DNA of 64,000 nucleotides, from positions 4,835,489-4,899,488 of the forward strand of contig CM121342.1 of NCBI GenBank assembly GCA_051530055.1, given 5' to 3'. The first letter of the stretch is position 1. Each line of letters opens with the position of its first letter. The notes beneath the pieces are model-generated. The model ran no database searches. It had not been told where the DNA came from and worked only from the letters and a program-made list of their open reading frames with translations. Made by a program: the position numbers and the translations under genes. Shown in pieces: positions 24,113 to 37,595 of this stretch. This DNA comes from Neoechinorhynchus agilis (lineage: Eukaryota; Animalia; Acanthocephala).

Positions 24113-24539
24113 TTTTTGCGCTTCGAAGGCGTTCAAGAAGATAGAGTTTAATGGAAACTTATTGCAACAATATTGATATGTTCTTGTTCTACTTTGGATT
24201 TTCTTGAAAATAAAGACCAAGTAGACGAACAAAGGAGACACGATTGATAGGAAAAGAAAGAAGTGGTTGATCGGAAGGACTATTTGAGATTGAGAATACG
24301 ATTTCAAAGAGGGTAAGACATTTAGAGGAGCAAAATGCTTGAATGTGAGAAATCTCGTTAGAAGTAATTGAGAGTCGATGAATATATAATGATTCTAAGA
24401 TCATCAGCATACAATAAGTATTTAGAATAAGAAGAGGATGAAATAAGATCGTTCAGGAAAATGTTGAAAAGAATGGGGGGAGAGAAGAGGACCCTGGGGA
24501 CTCATTTGTTGATTGCCAAAGTGTTCGAGGCGATGCTGA

Positions 24540-24680
24540 AAGGATAATCAACCATTTGATTTGTAAGGCCGCAAGACCAAATTTAGAGCATGTATCAAGG
24601 AGAAGATTGTGATCGACGGAATCAAAAACTTTATGGATGTCGCCGAGAGATGAATAAAGGATGTGCGTCGAGGTTATGAG
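24540..24680 (-). mobile_element. LINE reverse transcriptase remnant
   Basis: LGDIHKVFDSVDHNLLLDTCSKFGL..QIKWL matches the D..KAFDSVDH..LL RT motif. Confidence 0.65.
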
Positions 24681-25042
24681 ATGCAAAAAAGGGCGTCCGT
24701 ACACAAAAAGCCCGACCGGAAACCGAATTGAATGGGTTAAATTTTTCGATTGAAGGTTCAACGGAACTTTAGAGAAGATGGAGTGTATTCGGAAGCCGAA
24801 AAGTGCTCGATATTTTCATTACCAACTACTCGTAATGGGATTTAGCGACTTATTGATTCAGTGCAACCAACCGTAAATTATCAACACGAAATATTTAGAA
24901 GTTGACTCTATTATCCAAGACATCCTCGTTCATAATAAACTACTCTAATAACGAGTTAACTTTTTGTTGTAAGTTCGAACTCATATGAACGACTAAATTT
25001 TTGAAAGATTGCAGAACGGTTTGTGTGCTAAAAAGCATGCAT

Positions 25043-25632
25043 CCAAGATGAAAATCTGAGAACGGGTCAACGAATTTTAAAACAATGTTGTTTTTCTCAT
25101 GAAAAAACCCAATTTCACGTGAGTTTGGCTCCCTTTTTCCCTTTTTAAATTATTATCAGCTCACATTTATGTCTATTTACGACTGTATGATTTTTTAGAC
25201 TGCTGCTGCTGCTGCTGAAAATGGTATTTGCACCTTTAATTCCAAGATGAAAATCTGAGAACGGGTCAACGAATTTTAAAACAATGTTGTTTTTCTCATG
25301 AAAAAACCCAATTTCACGTGAGTTTGGCTCCCTTTTTCCCTTTTTAAATTATTATCAGCTCACATTTATGTCTATTTACGACTGTATGATTTTTTAGACT
25401 GCTGCTGCTGCTGAAAATGGTATTTGCACCTTTAATTCCAAGATGAAAATCTGAGAACGGGTCTACGAATTTTAAAACAATGTTGTTTTTCTCATGAAAA
25501 AACCCAATTTCACGTGAGTTTGGCTCCCTTTTTCCCTTTTTAAATTATTATCAGCTCACATTTATGTCTATTTACGACTGTATGATTTTTTAGCTGCTGC
25601 TGCTGCTGCTGAAAATGGTATTTGCACCCTTA
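25043..25632. repeat. ~197-bp tandem repeat, 3 copies, each with a variable (GCT)n tract
   Basis: ccaagatgaaaatctgagaacgggtc occurs at 25043, 25242 and 25438. Confidence 0.92.
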
Positions 25633-26788
25633 ATTTCGAGGAACCATGTTTTACGGCGTCGACAGTGGATCTTTTGTTCCGAACTTTCCTAGATTTGCAT
25701 TATAATGCTGATTTTATTATTAGAAACACGCACACGCAATAGAAATCAATTAATCATCGAGAGAGAGAGAAAATCCTTGGAGGTTATAAAGTTTGAATTT
25801 CAGTGAAATACTTCCAAAGATGATCTAAAACGAGTTTTGATTGAATTGCTCTGGGATCGAGCGTGAATGGGAACGCCTCTACTTCCAAGGATTCACTCGT
25901 TATCTTCTCAATCAGCAAATGTGGAGTCATCAGTATGTCTTTACCAACAATCTGATTCTATGGGATGACAAACGTTGAATATAAGTACCATCATAAACAC
26001 CAGCGATTAATCCACGGGCACATCCTTCTCCATCTCAACGATTATAGCCACCATACAATGACAACAATAGGCTTATTGAGAACATCTTAAATTAGCCACG
26101 ATTTTTCAAAGATATTAATGTCATCAGACGAAAATGAAAAAATAAATAGCACCTAATTTCAACCTCTAAAATAGATTAGTTTTATCATGTGCCTTATGCC
26201 AATGTTGGTTGATACGTTCCGTGTCGGTGAAACCCTGGAAAGGTCAACTAATTCTCTAAAGATCTCAAAAAGCCATATGGAATTGTTATTAATCAAGAAA
26301 AACTGACGGGGATTTTTCTATTGTTTAGAAAATGATGCCACTGGTTATAGAAATAAATTTGATTGGGGCGACGTTTATAGATCTCGATTATACTTAAAAA
26401 GTCTCAAGCTTCTTGTCTGACTTAAAGACATAGCCGCAGTTTCGCTTGTCTCCTTTTAGACAGTCATTAAGTCCGGCGGTGAAGTGTGAGATGAATAAAT
26501 AATGAGAAACGGTACAACAAGTTTCGAGCACAGGTACCGCGCATTTGTGGATCCAGAATTCTAAAGTACAAATGTAATAACTTCATCGTCCTCACCTGCC
26601 ACTTCCTCTCTCCTATTTTTACAAATGAATAATACGCTCGCTAACCAGAATATCCTCTCATCCGTCTCAAAATGCCAAAATGATTATGGCAGTAGGGTTT
26701 GCTTGGTCCAAGCGGTGTGATCGTAGATTGCAATACCTTTTCAGCATCCGATAATATCTACTTTCATTTGAAAAAGGCAAATGTACCA

Positions 26789-27373
26789 ATGCTGTCCTCA
26801 TCGCTCCTTTTCCTAAGCACATTGCAAAGTAAGTTTTATAAACATTGATTCGAATGGACTGTTTGGTGCTCTCAGATTACATAATGGGGCGGCATACGAC
26901 GACGACGGGTACTTTGTCCTTTGAATTTGAAGTTCTCACATTCTACGAAGGCGACCTCGGGAATCTGACTTGCTTTGTGTCGCCCCTTACTCCTACGAAC
27001 CTGGTTGATTGGCACTTTGATGGTGAACAAATAACTCAAGGTAGAGCCGTCCTGTCGAAACGGTACAATGTATATCGAACCGATATCGATGCAATCAGTC
27101 TTTTTATATATCCCATAGAGGCAAATGACACTGGACGGTGAGAGATGAAGCGATCTGAGATTATACTCACTTTGTTAGGTACCTTTGTGTTGAACATGAA
27201 AATGGAGAAATCAACGAGTTCGATGTTTATGTGAATAGTGAGTGCATAATAAACGGACCTTCGACCAATCCGTTTCAGAATTTAGAGCTTGCAATCAAGT
27301 TCATGGGCTCAGTGTTCAATATCTCGATCTGATGATGGCTATCATAACAGTGGCTGTGATGATTACTTACTAA
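26789..27373 (+). CDS. Small single-Ig-domain cell-surface protein, four exons with GT-AG introns
   Basis: Signal-like MLSSSLLFLSTLQ; GNLTC..VDWHFDG..LFIYPIEANDTGR/YLC (Ig V/I-set pattern); hydrophobic tail. Donors are GTAAGT, GTGAGA and GTGAGT. Confidence 0.7.
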
Positions 27374-28438
27374 AAATACCTTTTTTTAACATGGCACTCA
27401 AAATGCTCTCATCATCATCATCAACTCTCCATTTTTTCCATGAATAAGTCCATGAATAAGCATGAAGCATCGACTTTTTAGTGTTCTACCACCACGGTGA
27501 GTTATTGAGTTTATTGTACAAAAAACGATTTTAAAACAAATACAAGTGCGAAATAAAATTGTCAGGGTCGAATCCTTAATTTAGCATCTACAGAGAGAGA
27601 GATCCTAACTCGTACATTCGAGCCATCTAGTGTGTTTGTGCTCTTTTTTTTCAATTTGAGCAATAAAGAGTATTATACTTTTGGTGGAAATAAATAGGAG
27701 AAGCAGTTCGCTCCTCTGCTCGAGTGCCCGCAGTCCGGGGACCATGAATCCGCTCGAATCACGTTTTCCCCGTTGATTTCGGTATTGATTTTTAACACGT
27801 CGCTGGCCGATAGATTCACAAATTCCATTGCGAGGGTATCCCGAAGGATTTTCTCTGGCTTGAGAATGCAGTCGATTCCGGGACGACTCCCGATGGTCCA
27901 ATTGACCAAATTTGACTTAGAACCGAACAAGGCTAAATCGTAGTCGTCCAGCACAATCGGTTGGTCATTTCTGGACTTTATATCATATATTTTTTATGGC
28001 TCTCAAGAAGCAATTTCGTTTAAATCCCATCTTTTTTTGACAAAATATTGTTAATCGATAGAGAGGAGGACAATTTTTCATTCGGCTACTCCAGTGACTT
28101 AGATTAAATTTTAAATTCGTGCATTGAGTACGTCTATATTGTAGAAATGATCATATCGAGAGCATACTCGGCCGGTTAAAAATCATTTTAGAAACCTCTT
28201 TCGAAATATTTCATTAGAATAAATTTTTAATTGGGCGAGTATATTCTCCACATTGAACGTCGGCAGCAAAACTAAATTCCCGGATCACGATGGGAAGTGT
28301 AGGTCATAGTTTGCCGGCCGGCGTACGAGTTCTTCATTCGATGAACCACTAAGAATCGTTAAAAAGCTGGTTTCTTTCATAAAAGACCCTTTAGTCGTGT
28401 GATTGAACGGCCTGTGCTCATTCAGCATAATTTTTAAG

Positions 28439-29439
28439 ATGATCGTTCTGGAAGCGCTGGTGCTGGCAATGAATCTCCTTTATCATTACGTGATAATTTG
28501 GCCAACTGAAACATTCCGTAGAACTTTTCTGGACGTTGAGGACCGAGTACGAAGGCGATTGGACGGAAGGACAGCCATAATAACAGGAGGTGCTCGAGGT
28601 ATTGGCCGTGAAATCGCCTTCGAGCTCGCCCGACGAGGAGTCAATCTCATCATTGTTGATAAAAATCTAAAAGGTCTTCGAGATACAATAGGAGAACTTG
28701 AAGCACAACATTCTGCAATTGTTCTAAAGAGTTGTTGTACAGACCTTTCAAATCTCGAATCAACAAATGAAGCATTAAGCACCTTACGAGGACACTTAAA
28801 AGAACTCGGACTTCATGTGGACATTCTAGTGATGAACGCAGTGGATGATCCGCACATTGACCCCACTGGCGAGGATGTTGTGGACCCGTTGTTTTTAAGT
28901 CGGTTCGTAAAGCAGTGCACTGTCAACTTCCAATCGCATTGTCTATTCTATCGAGATTTCATCCCTGACATGATTTTAGAAGGTGGTGGTGGTCATCTAG
29001 TGACCATTTCCACGGTATTGAGTGACCTTCAAATCCCTCAAACCACTGGGTACTGCGTGACCAAGGCCGCTTTAACCGCTCTCCATCGATGTGTTCGGTT
29101 GCAATAATGCACTAGCCGATGGCGGCGGGGGGGGGGGGAAATCACCATCGAAAAGCGCTTTATGGGCCAAGTAGCGGTCTAAAGACGACAATCGCTTTTC
29201 CTTATCTCACTAATACCGGTCTCTTTGACGGATTGAAGACTCGATTACATTGGATGTTTCCAGCAATGGATACTCAAACAGTTTCCAAAATCATTGTACA
29301 ATCGGCATTCGATTATGAAGACGAAGAAATTTACGTACCGGAGATTTTCAGGCTTTGCCAACTTGCACGTGCCATTATGCCCTCGAATCTCATGAACGAA
29401 ATGATTCGCATCCTTAATCCTTATTTTTCGCATAAATAA
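28439..29439 (+). CDS. Short-chain dehydrogenase/reductase (SDR16C, RDH10/17-beta-HSD11-like), interrupted at ~29107-29162
   Basis: TAIITGGARGIGRE (Rossmann fold), YCVTK catalytic YxxxK, and KTTIAFPYLTNTGLFDG. Confidence 0.88.
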
Positions 29440-30490
29440 AGGGTTTTCAAGAGTAGAGCTATGTTCCGAGCTGCCAGGAGCGAGCGTGGCTTCGTGATCG
29501 AAATCTCGACAAGTGGCGTCCAAAAGAATATTAAATGAATTTAGTTTTCTAAGGGCACACAAAATGATTGGGCCGATTCGTTGACAACTAAATCTAGAGT
29601 CACACTTCACCCGGACAAAATTAGTACATTGCCTTAGAAAATGCGAGCTCTAAAACCGATAAATCATTTTTCAACGCCACTTTTAATACTTCTTTTGTTT
29701 TCTGATTTATCGCTTGCTTGTTCAAGGTTGTTGTGTCGAGTGTCGCTGATGAGATCACCCTTTAAATGTTCCTCATTTATTTTAGAAGAAAAAATACTAT
29801 TTGCGAGCTGCCAAATATTAATAGAAGATTTAATTGATTACTCCACTATGTGTTTTTCTTTTGTTAACGTCTAAAATCCATCGGGCTTTTGGTTAGCCAT
29901 TCAGAACACATTTGTCGGAATATAAATTTCTAAGTTTTTTTTCAGGAGATGTTTCTTTTGTTGAAAGCAACTCTTTCATTTACACACAACAACAAAACGT
30001 TTAAACAATCATTACCGTCCACGAAGAAGAGGCATCGCCTCAGTGGTCGCGACCACACTCGCTGCGTTTCCTCTTTTCTATCGCGAAACCAATATTTTGG
30101 CGCAGGAAGGCACCAGCTCTTGTATTTCCTGTCTTGGCCTGGAGTCTACTCGCTTAACTCCTTCGTAAATCTAAGTGCCGAGCTACCGAGCACGTGAGAC
30201 TGAAAAACCACGCGAAAAAAAGGTTTCCTTCAATTAGAGCCACTTTCTGAATGCGTTTGGATAAAAAAACGCGCAAATTTTAACTTTTTCAGCAACGAAC
30301 ACAAACTTTTGTGTAAAAAATTAAGAGCTCAAACTTCGTTTTAAATGACATATCTTTGTACGATTTAAATCTCGAAAAGCAAATTTTCCGTATTGACTGT
30401 TTCTCAGATTCAAGATGATCACTAAAAGGGACGAAATACCTCGTTGAAGAAAGGTGGAAACGGACTGATGCGTACAAATTCGTATACCGT

Positions 30491-30640
30491 ACAATGTAGA
30501 AGGCTTTTTCAGTTAATCAACGGGAAAAAACATCGGAGTTTGTGTTTATAAAGCGCAAAACTCAACAATTTAGACGAATAATTCGAGGGAAAGTCGTTCC
30601 GTTTTCACATGAACAAAACACTCGTAATCCCAATTCATCC
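30491..30640. repeat. ~150-bp dispersed repeat, inverted copy at 32520-32672
   Basis: caatgtagaaggctttttcagttaatcaacggg...cactcgtaatcccaattc is near-identical to the reverse complement of 32520-32672. A partial copy lies near 63970. Confidence 0.9.
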
Positions 30641-31397
30641 TCTCTGAATGAAAACAAAAGATCGAACCTCATAAGAATAACGAAACGACTTTCCCGCCCC
30701 CCTCAGAACTTTCGTGTGTTCATGAGGACTCAAACGGGTCATTCACTTTTTTCTGTGATGTAAGAGATCTATGTAAAAGATCTGTTTGACTTCATGGCCA
30801 GAATAAAACTGAATCAATATAACCGGCTAGTCACCAAAATATAATGAGAATTCTACCCAATGAATTTGTTACCGGCACGACACTACGATTCGAAAACTGA
30901 GAGATTTAACGTGCGTTGTTTTATTAATCGACATTTTGCTTCGATTTGATAACTCGACCACAGGGAGATTTATAGGTCGCCGTTAGACAAGAACTTCCTA
31001 CCAAAATGTTTGTAGCAAATGGGCGCTACACTCCATATGGCTCTGATCAAAATTTTATATTTGGACGCAAACTTTTCTAAAAAAGACTGCGAACAAAAAG
31101 TTCTTCGGCATCATGGACTTTCCTTCCTCGACTACCGATTTCTTAGATCAGAGCCACAAACCATACGAGGTATTTCGTCCTTTTTTTGCGTGGTTATGTG
31201 CCATTGGCGATGGTGGATTATGTGAACCGTTTGGCCCTAAACAGTTCGTTGTTGTACACATCGGTTTCAGACTAAAAAGCCGATTAAGACCTAAACGAGA
31301 TTAATGTGCTCAAGCGATGATGATGATTTGTGAACTTAACACAAGTGACCACCGAGCAACAACAAACCGATTAATGGTTTTTACCCGCTCTTTCTCA

Positions 31398-32424
31398 TTA
31401 ATCTCTGGACACGCCGAGCAACTGGAGGATATAAAGGAATATATAGACGATATCAAGATAGAGCATAATAGCAGCGAAAACATAATCTTCTTCGCTGATT
31501 TCATATCGTTTTCCGCCCATGATGAGTTGAATGTCAAGTGCAAGGAATATTGAGAAGAGGATAGCGCCGATTCCACCATAGAGCATGACCATAATTCTGG
31601 TTGGGAAAGCAATCATGAAAACCGCGAACGCCATGAACGCGATACTGGCCACAAAAAGTGTTCCGGTACACTTGGTGAAATCGTATTTGGTTTGCATTGA
31701 GAATAGAATAACACTCAAACAGACGAGGACCGTGATTCCCATTGCAAGAAGGACATTTTGTGTATTATGAAAAGCGGTGATCATAGAGACCATGTAAGTC
31801 ATCGAGAGATTAAGTATGGCCAGGATGGCATAGTTGATCCCTGGTCTACGGGCAACACTTTTGCAGCATGCGAGAGTAATGTAAGAAGCGAAGAATAGGA
31901 CGAACGAAACGTAGTAGAGTGCTGGATTTTGCCTTACGAACGTTTTTAGTCCTGGCGTAAAATAGGACATTGCGACACATCCGAACGTAAATGACAAAAG
32001 GACGAGTAAAATCAAAAATACTTTGCGGACAAAGATACGGCGTATCCGTTTATCATCAAGACCAACATAGTTTCCACTCGAAAACCCATCAGTTTGAGCT
32101 AAACAAAAAAGGTTTAAGATGTAGGTGTTTAAAAAACGGGAGAGACCAGGCAAAGGTTGTTGTACACCAGGATGAAATACGGTCGTACCAGGCGTTGGTC
32201 CTTGTGTATAACTTCCTAATTCTGTCAGTGTTATTAGAGAGAGAGCAAAGCAATTTCTTTAGAGAGAGAGAAAACTGACCAGGCGATTGAACGACGAAAA
32301 CGGGCTGCTGAGTGGGAAACGCACTCGCTGATGGTTGTCCTTTTTTCCGGGTTTTTAGAAGCGTTAAAGCAGCAAAAAAAGAACGATACTTACCGGCTTG
32401 TTGATACGTAAAATCCGATTTCAT
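31398..32424 (-). CDS. TMBIM/Lifeguard (Bax inhibitor-1 family) multipass membrane protein, three GT-AG introns in the N-terminal part
   Basis: IRRIFVRKVFLILL, FSMQTKYDFT and LALDIQLIMGGKRYEISEEDYVFAAIMLYLDIV. Confidence 0.92.
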
Positions 32425-32720
32425 TCGGTTGGAACGAATATCTGAAAGATGGTGTTGGGTCTTTCAAACAAAGTCTCTAGTAATAACCTCATGAACACGG
32501 GGCGGAAAAGTCGTTTCAGAGAAATTGAATTGGGATTACGAGTGTTTTGTTCATGTGAAAACGGAACGACTTTCCCTCGAATTATTCGTCTAAATTGTTG
32601 AGTTTTGCGCTTTATAAACACAAACTCCGATGTTTTTTCCCGTTGGTTAACTGAAAAAGCCTTCTACATTGAATTGACCCAAGAAAATTCTAGCTTGGTT
32701 CGGATTTATTATGCGCTTGT

Positions 32721-33897
32721 TTACTGGCCATGTTCCTCGTCCTGTTCCCTGGGCTCCTCCTCTTCCGCTGCAACCGATACAATCGGCAAGGAACCAGTGT
32801 GAGTTGTTTCTTGTACCGGCCCTGCTTCGGACTCTTCTGCATTTACGATTTCAAGGTAGTCCTTAAGCTTATCTTCACCTTCGTCCAGAATACGGACCAC
32901 TTCATCGCGTCCAACAATTCCCAAAGAGCAGTTAAGTTCATTCAGCTTCTCTTCATGAGGAAGTGTGTCTTTTACGTTGGTGAAAATGAACAAAATGCTT
33001 CTCTAAATTGAACTGTTCGTATTTTTGTTTTAACGAATAAACAAATGTTTTTTTAAATTGCCGATATTTTGAGAGGTACAATTTTGTACGCGATTTTGAT
33101 CAAGGATGTCTGAAAGTTCCTAAATGTCCGCGTACAATATTGTACCTCAATCAAAACATCGCCGATATTTTGTTTATTCCAACAAAAATTGGAAAAAAAG
33201 AAGCTTTCATGTTTGGCGCCAATGACGTATTTGACGAAAAAATACCCGGAAGAATTTCGGAAAAATGATTTTGCGCCCGCGCTCATTATCACCAGTTTAG
33301 AGCCCGAAGAGCGTGAACGCACAATTGGTCCAAATTGAGATTTGTGAGAGCGTTTCTGTCGGCGGACAAAAGTTTATCGAAATAAGTCCGCGCAGGTTGA
33401 CTCCGAGCGCCGATTGCCATCGCATGGCAGTCGTAGTAGTTCGCAGAAGGGCATAGTTGGTATAGATGCGTTTGTCCTTGTGGATCGACTACACCAACAA
33501 GGAGACCAACTCCGAACGCTCGTTGACCGTAAATCATAGTCGGTCGCTGGCACTTGCTAGCTAATGAATCCATCAACTTTTTGCCCCTAATCGGTTCTCT
33601 GAACTCGTATTTGTGTTCCATGCATTCCAAGCGAGCGCTTCGTGCCAAAATACGTCCATCAGAAGACAATCCACTCATCGAAAGAAGAACGTGCTCGTCC
33701 ACGGCCTCAATCTTCCTCTGATAAGCACTGAGACTTGAAAGAGCCCTCTTAAATGCGCATAGAACCACATGAGTGCCGGATTTGATGCCAACTGTCGCCG
33801 AACCCTGACTAACGGCTTCCATCGCATATTCGATCTGGTATATTCGACCATGAGGACTCCATATCGAAACGTCCGAATCGTATTGGTTTCTAAACAT
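32721..33897 (-). CDS. PSMA1: Proteasome subunit alpha type-1, interrupted by a 325-nt hairpin insert (32973-33297)
   Basis: MFRNQYDSDVSIWSPHGRIYQIEYAMEAV; the C-terminal part KDTLPHEEKLNELNCSLGIVGRD lies in ORF 32721..32993. Confidence 0.95.
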
Positions 33898-34009
33898 TGT
33901 GTTTCATCCGGGGGGGGAATTCTGCCTCACAAAAAATACAATACTTTAAACACTTTTGCGTTTTTAGCGCGCGTTTAAATATTCGAGTTTTCTACGGAAG
34001 AATCTTCGC

Positions 34010-34860
34010 AAGTCACGTCGAGCTTTTTGTTTTCGAAAACGGCGGAAAATCTACTTTATTCTTAAAATTACTACCTAGAAAATAGCGCTTCTTGCCTCTG
34101 AGTCTTCTTTATTTAAAAAGAAACACTGCACGTCCAGTTTTGTTGTCTAAAACGGCGGAAAATCTACTTTTTTTGTAAGTATCACCTAAAAATAACGCTT
34201 CTTGCCTCTGGACCTTTTCTTTATTTAAAAAGAAACACTGTACGCCGATTTTTTTGTTTTCTAAAACGCCCGAAAATCTACTTTATTCGTAAAATTGCTA
34301 CCTAAAAAATAAAGCTTCCTGCCTCCAACTCAAATCTTTATTTAAAAAGAAACACTGTACGTCCAGTTTTGTTTTCTAAAACGCCCGAAAATCTACTTTA
34401 TTGTAATAACCTAAAAAATAAGCTTGCCCAACTCAAATCTTTATTTTTTGTTTGGTTTTTTTTTTTGTTTGTTTTTTGGTGTTTTGTTTGGTTTTTTTCG
34501 TAAAATTACTACCTAAAAAATAACGCTTTTCGCCTCCAACTCAAATCTTTATTTAAAAAGAAACACTGTACGTCCAGTTTTGTTGTCTAAAACGGCGGAA
34601 AATCTACTTTTTTTGTAAGTATCACCTAAAAAATAAAGCTTCCTGCCTCGCCTCCAACTCAAATCTTTATTAAAAAAGAAACACTGTACGTCCAGTTTTG
34701 TTGTCAAAAACGCCCGAAAATCTACTTTATTCTTAAAATTGGTACCTAAAAAATAAAGCTTCCTGCCTCCAACTCAAATCTTTATTTAAAAAGAAACACT
34801 GTACGTCCAGTTTTGTTGTCTAAAACGCCCGAAAATCTACTTTTTTGTAAAAGTATCACC
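34010..34860. repeat. Degenerate AT-rich tandem array (~110-120-bp units) between divergent PSMA1 and UTP18
   Basis: Recurrent aaaagaaacactgtacgtccagttttgtt(g/t)tctaaaacg(g/c)c..aaaatctacttt blocks. Confidence 0.85.
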
Positions 34861-34884
34861 TAAAAAACAACGCAGTCTTTGTAG

Positions 34885-36637
34885 ATGTCAAGTCCGATTG
34901 CGTCCGAGTCGAATACAAATTTGGCTGATTATAAATCAATAATCGGAGAAAAGGAGACTGCCTTAAATGCGATTGTGTTTGGATCAGATTGTTATCGGCC
35001 ATTGATTCCCCCCAAAAAAGATGAGGTTAAATTCTATTGATTTTCACGCCTAATCCTTTTTTTTCTAGGAATCACATTTGGCAAAAAAGAAACGAGCATG
35101 GATTGACGAAGATGACGATGATCGTTGGTTTAGGGTTCCAAAAACGGGCCGCGAAAGGTTTTATACCGGAAATAATAAATTTGTCAATTCCGAGCGATTC
35201 GAACATATCCTAAGAGAAAGGTTTTTATGCGATTCATCATTTTCAAAGTTTCAAATATTATTTTTAGGTTCAGAAAAACACTTGGAGGAACTGTGCCAGA
35301 ATGGGCTGATCACCTTGAGCACCAAAATATCGATAATGCAGCGGACAGTGATGGAAAGCTGTACGATTTGAAAGTTTCATCGGATAGGAGAGACTGACTA
35401 TTCTGGCATATTTAGTGGCTTCGGCGGGAACAACCCGTTTTTATTTGGGTTAAACTAATTCGTGTTCTCTTATAGTTTTGTTTGCCAGAATCGGTCAACT
35501 CCCGTAGCCAAAATGAGCTTAATTTCAAGTTCTGTACTAGAATTCGGCCGGCTAAAGTAACTCCATTTTTCTCATCAACATCCACAATGCTTTAAATTAG
35601 AGAAAGGGAGGAATTTGTTCACTCAAATTTTGCCCCACTTCCAATATTCTTCTATCGTTGAATCGCAAATCTCCGGTCATTCAATTGAACACGATCGACG
35701 GAAGTAAAAACGCCCTTTTGCGCATGATAAAGTGCTGCAGCACTTTCCGGAAACCTGCATCGGATGCTTGGTTCAACACGGACATTGATCGAAATGAAAT
35801 AATCGTAACTTCGCAAATGTTCGACGGTTTCCTTTCGTTCGATCTCAATAAAGACGAATTGTTTCCGAATAAAATTCGTAGTCTTGGCCTAGGTCATGGA
35901 ATTAAACAAATCGCAATGTCTCCACCATCTACGACGAGACTGATGGCATTTGCCACCACTCGTGACACTTCCATTTACTTGTATTCTTCAAAGTCTAAAG
36001 AACAAGTGAACGTATTAAATACATCGTCAAATGTGAGTTCAATCTGCATTGACCGTACGGGCAACTATTTGATGGCAACCGATGAGGACGCGTGTGTTAG
36101 GATCTGGGACTTGCGATGTCAGCGTCGATGTATATCCCGATTTACTGATTCCGGAAACTATTCAAACTCCGTTATTAACTGCTCTCGTGGTCCATCAAAT
36201 CTCAACAACTATGTCGCAATTGGAAGTTTGACGGGATTTGTTAACTTATACGCCCTAGAAGACATTCTGTCTAGCGGCCAGCAATCACCACAACCCATCT
36301 ACGAATGTTCGAACCTCAAAACTGGAATATCATTCCTCGAATTTAATTGCGATTCGAAACTTCTTGTTATCGGTAGTCATCAAGAAAACTTTGCATCACG
36401 CATCGTTAATACTTATTCTAAAAGAGTTTATCGTAATTTCCCTCCTAAAGCAATGGTTATGAAACACGATCACCAACAACAACAACAACAAAGAGAAGCG
36501 TGCGTCGCTTTCTCTCCCAATTCGGGATATCTTGCGTTTGGTGATACTCAAGGAGTAATTTCATTGTACAGGTCAGTCTTTTCGCGCATTTTGCATACCG
36601 AACCTTGTTTAGATTGGTTGACTATACCGGCTATTAA
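34885..36637 (+). CDS. UTP18: U3 snoRNA-associated WD40 protein UTP18, multi-exon
   Basis: KKKRAWIDEDD; VRIWDLRCQRRCISRFTDSG; CSNLKTGISFLEFN; VAFSPNSGYLAFGD. Four GT-AG introns plus one ambiguous junction at ~35360-35507. Confidence 0.85.
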
Positions 36638-37595
36638 TTCGAATTTTCGTACCATGATATAATGAACTTTTGAAGACTCTGAAAAAAAAACCGTTTTCTT
36701 TTTTATCCACTCAGCTGCCACCAAACAACCCGAGTTTCTCGACGCAAAATCCAAGCGACGCTAATGATTTCAACCCAAGTCTCCGTATTTGATTGATATT
36801 TTTGCGTTCATTAGCGGCGGTGTCACTCAAATGTTCTTGCCATATGATAGCGACAGGCTACGTTTAAAAAAGGGTTTCGCAAAAGAGATTGTTGGGTCTT
36901 TCCTCCGATGGTTATAATAATAACACGCTTATTGTTTGCCCGTTTAGGTCCTCACGAACATTTAAGTTCAGAGTTGTTCAAAAAAGCGTATCTGTTTGGA
37001 TGGGAATGTCCTTCGGGTGAGAATGTGTCCGTTCGTTTTTGTGGTAGAACTGTTTTTGGTCAGACGTCCTGGTGTACAAAATATTCATGATCGCTTCTTA
37101 ATTTTTTCAGTCAGTTTTTTGTCTGAATTTGGCGAGATACCTCAAATATTGGTAAACAAAATGGCGTCGCGGTACCAAACGACCCTAGTATACGCCGAAA
37201 TGAACGTGAAACATTCGCCGAAATTTTGTCATTATGATCACAATTCCAATGCGCTCAGATACAAATTATAATCATTATTTTCTTTCATACGAAAGATGGT
37301 ATATTATAATTTAATCATCATAGCGTTCGAACCCACGACCTAACACACACAAACATTTAGCTTCAATGCAATATGGCACGGACGAACAATTATGCAAGTA
37401 TGTTTTTTAGTTTTGTTCGAAGCTCAAATCTCGCATTCAGATCTAACAAAAAAAACCCTAGGACTTAATCGCATTTCTTTGAACAAATTTAGAGTTGGAA
37501 TTATTGCCCAATTAGAAAAAACAATCTAATGATGAATCCAATACGAGATTCACGTTATTTACCTGGTGATGAAGACTTCCCTCACAACCGACAAA

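Noticed and set aside
27673-27954. 93-aa minus-strand ORF, possibly an extracellular domain fragment
   Set aside because: No motif recognised and no start or exon structure established.
36840-37271. Short plus-strand exons with GT-AG signals between UTP18 and IK
   Set aside because: Probably a small gene, but the frame and product could not be determined.
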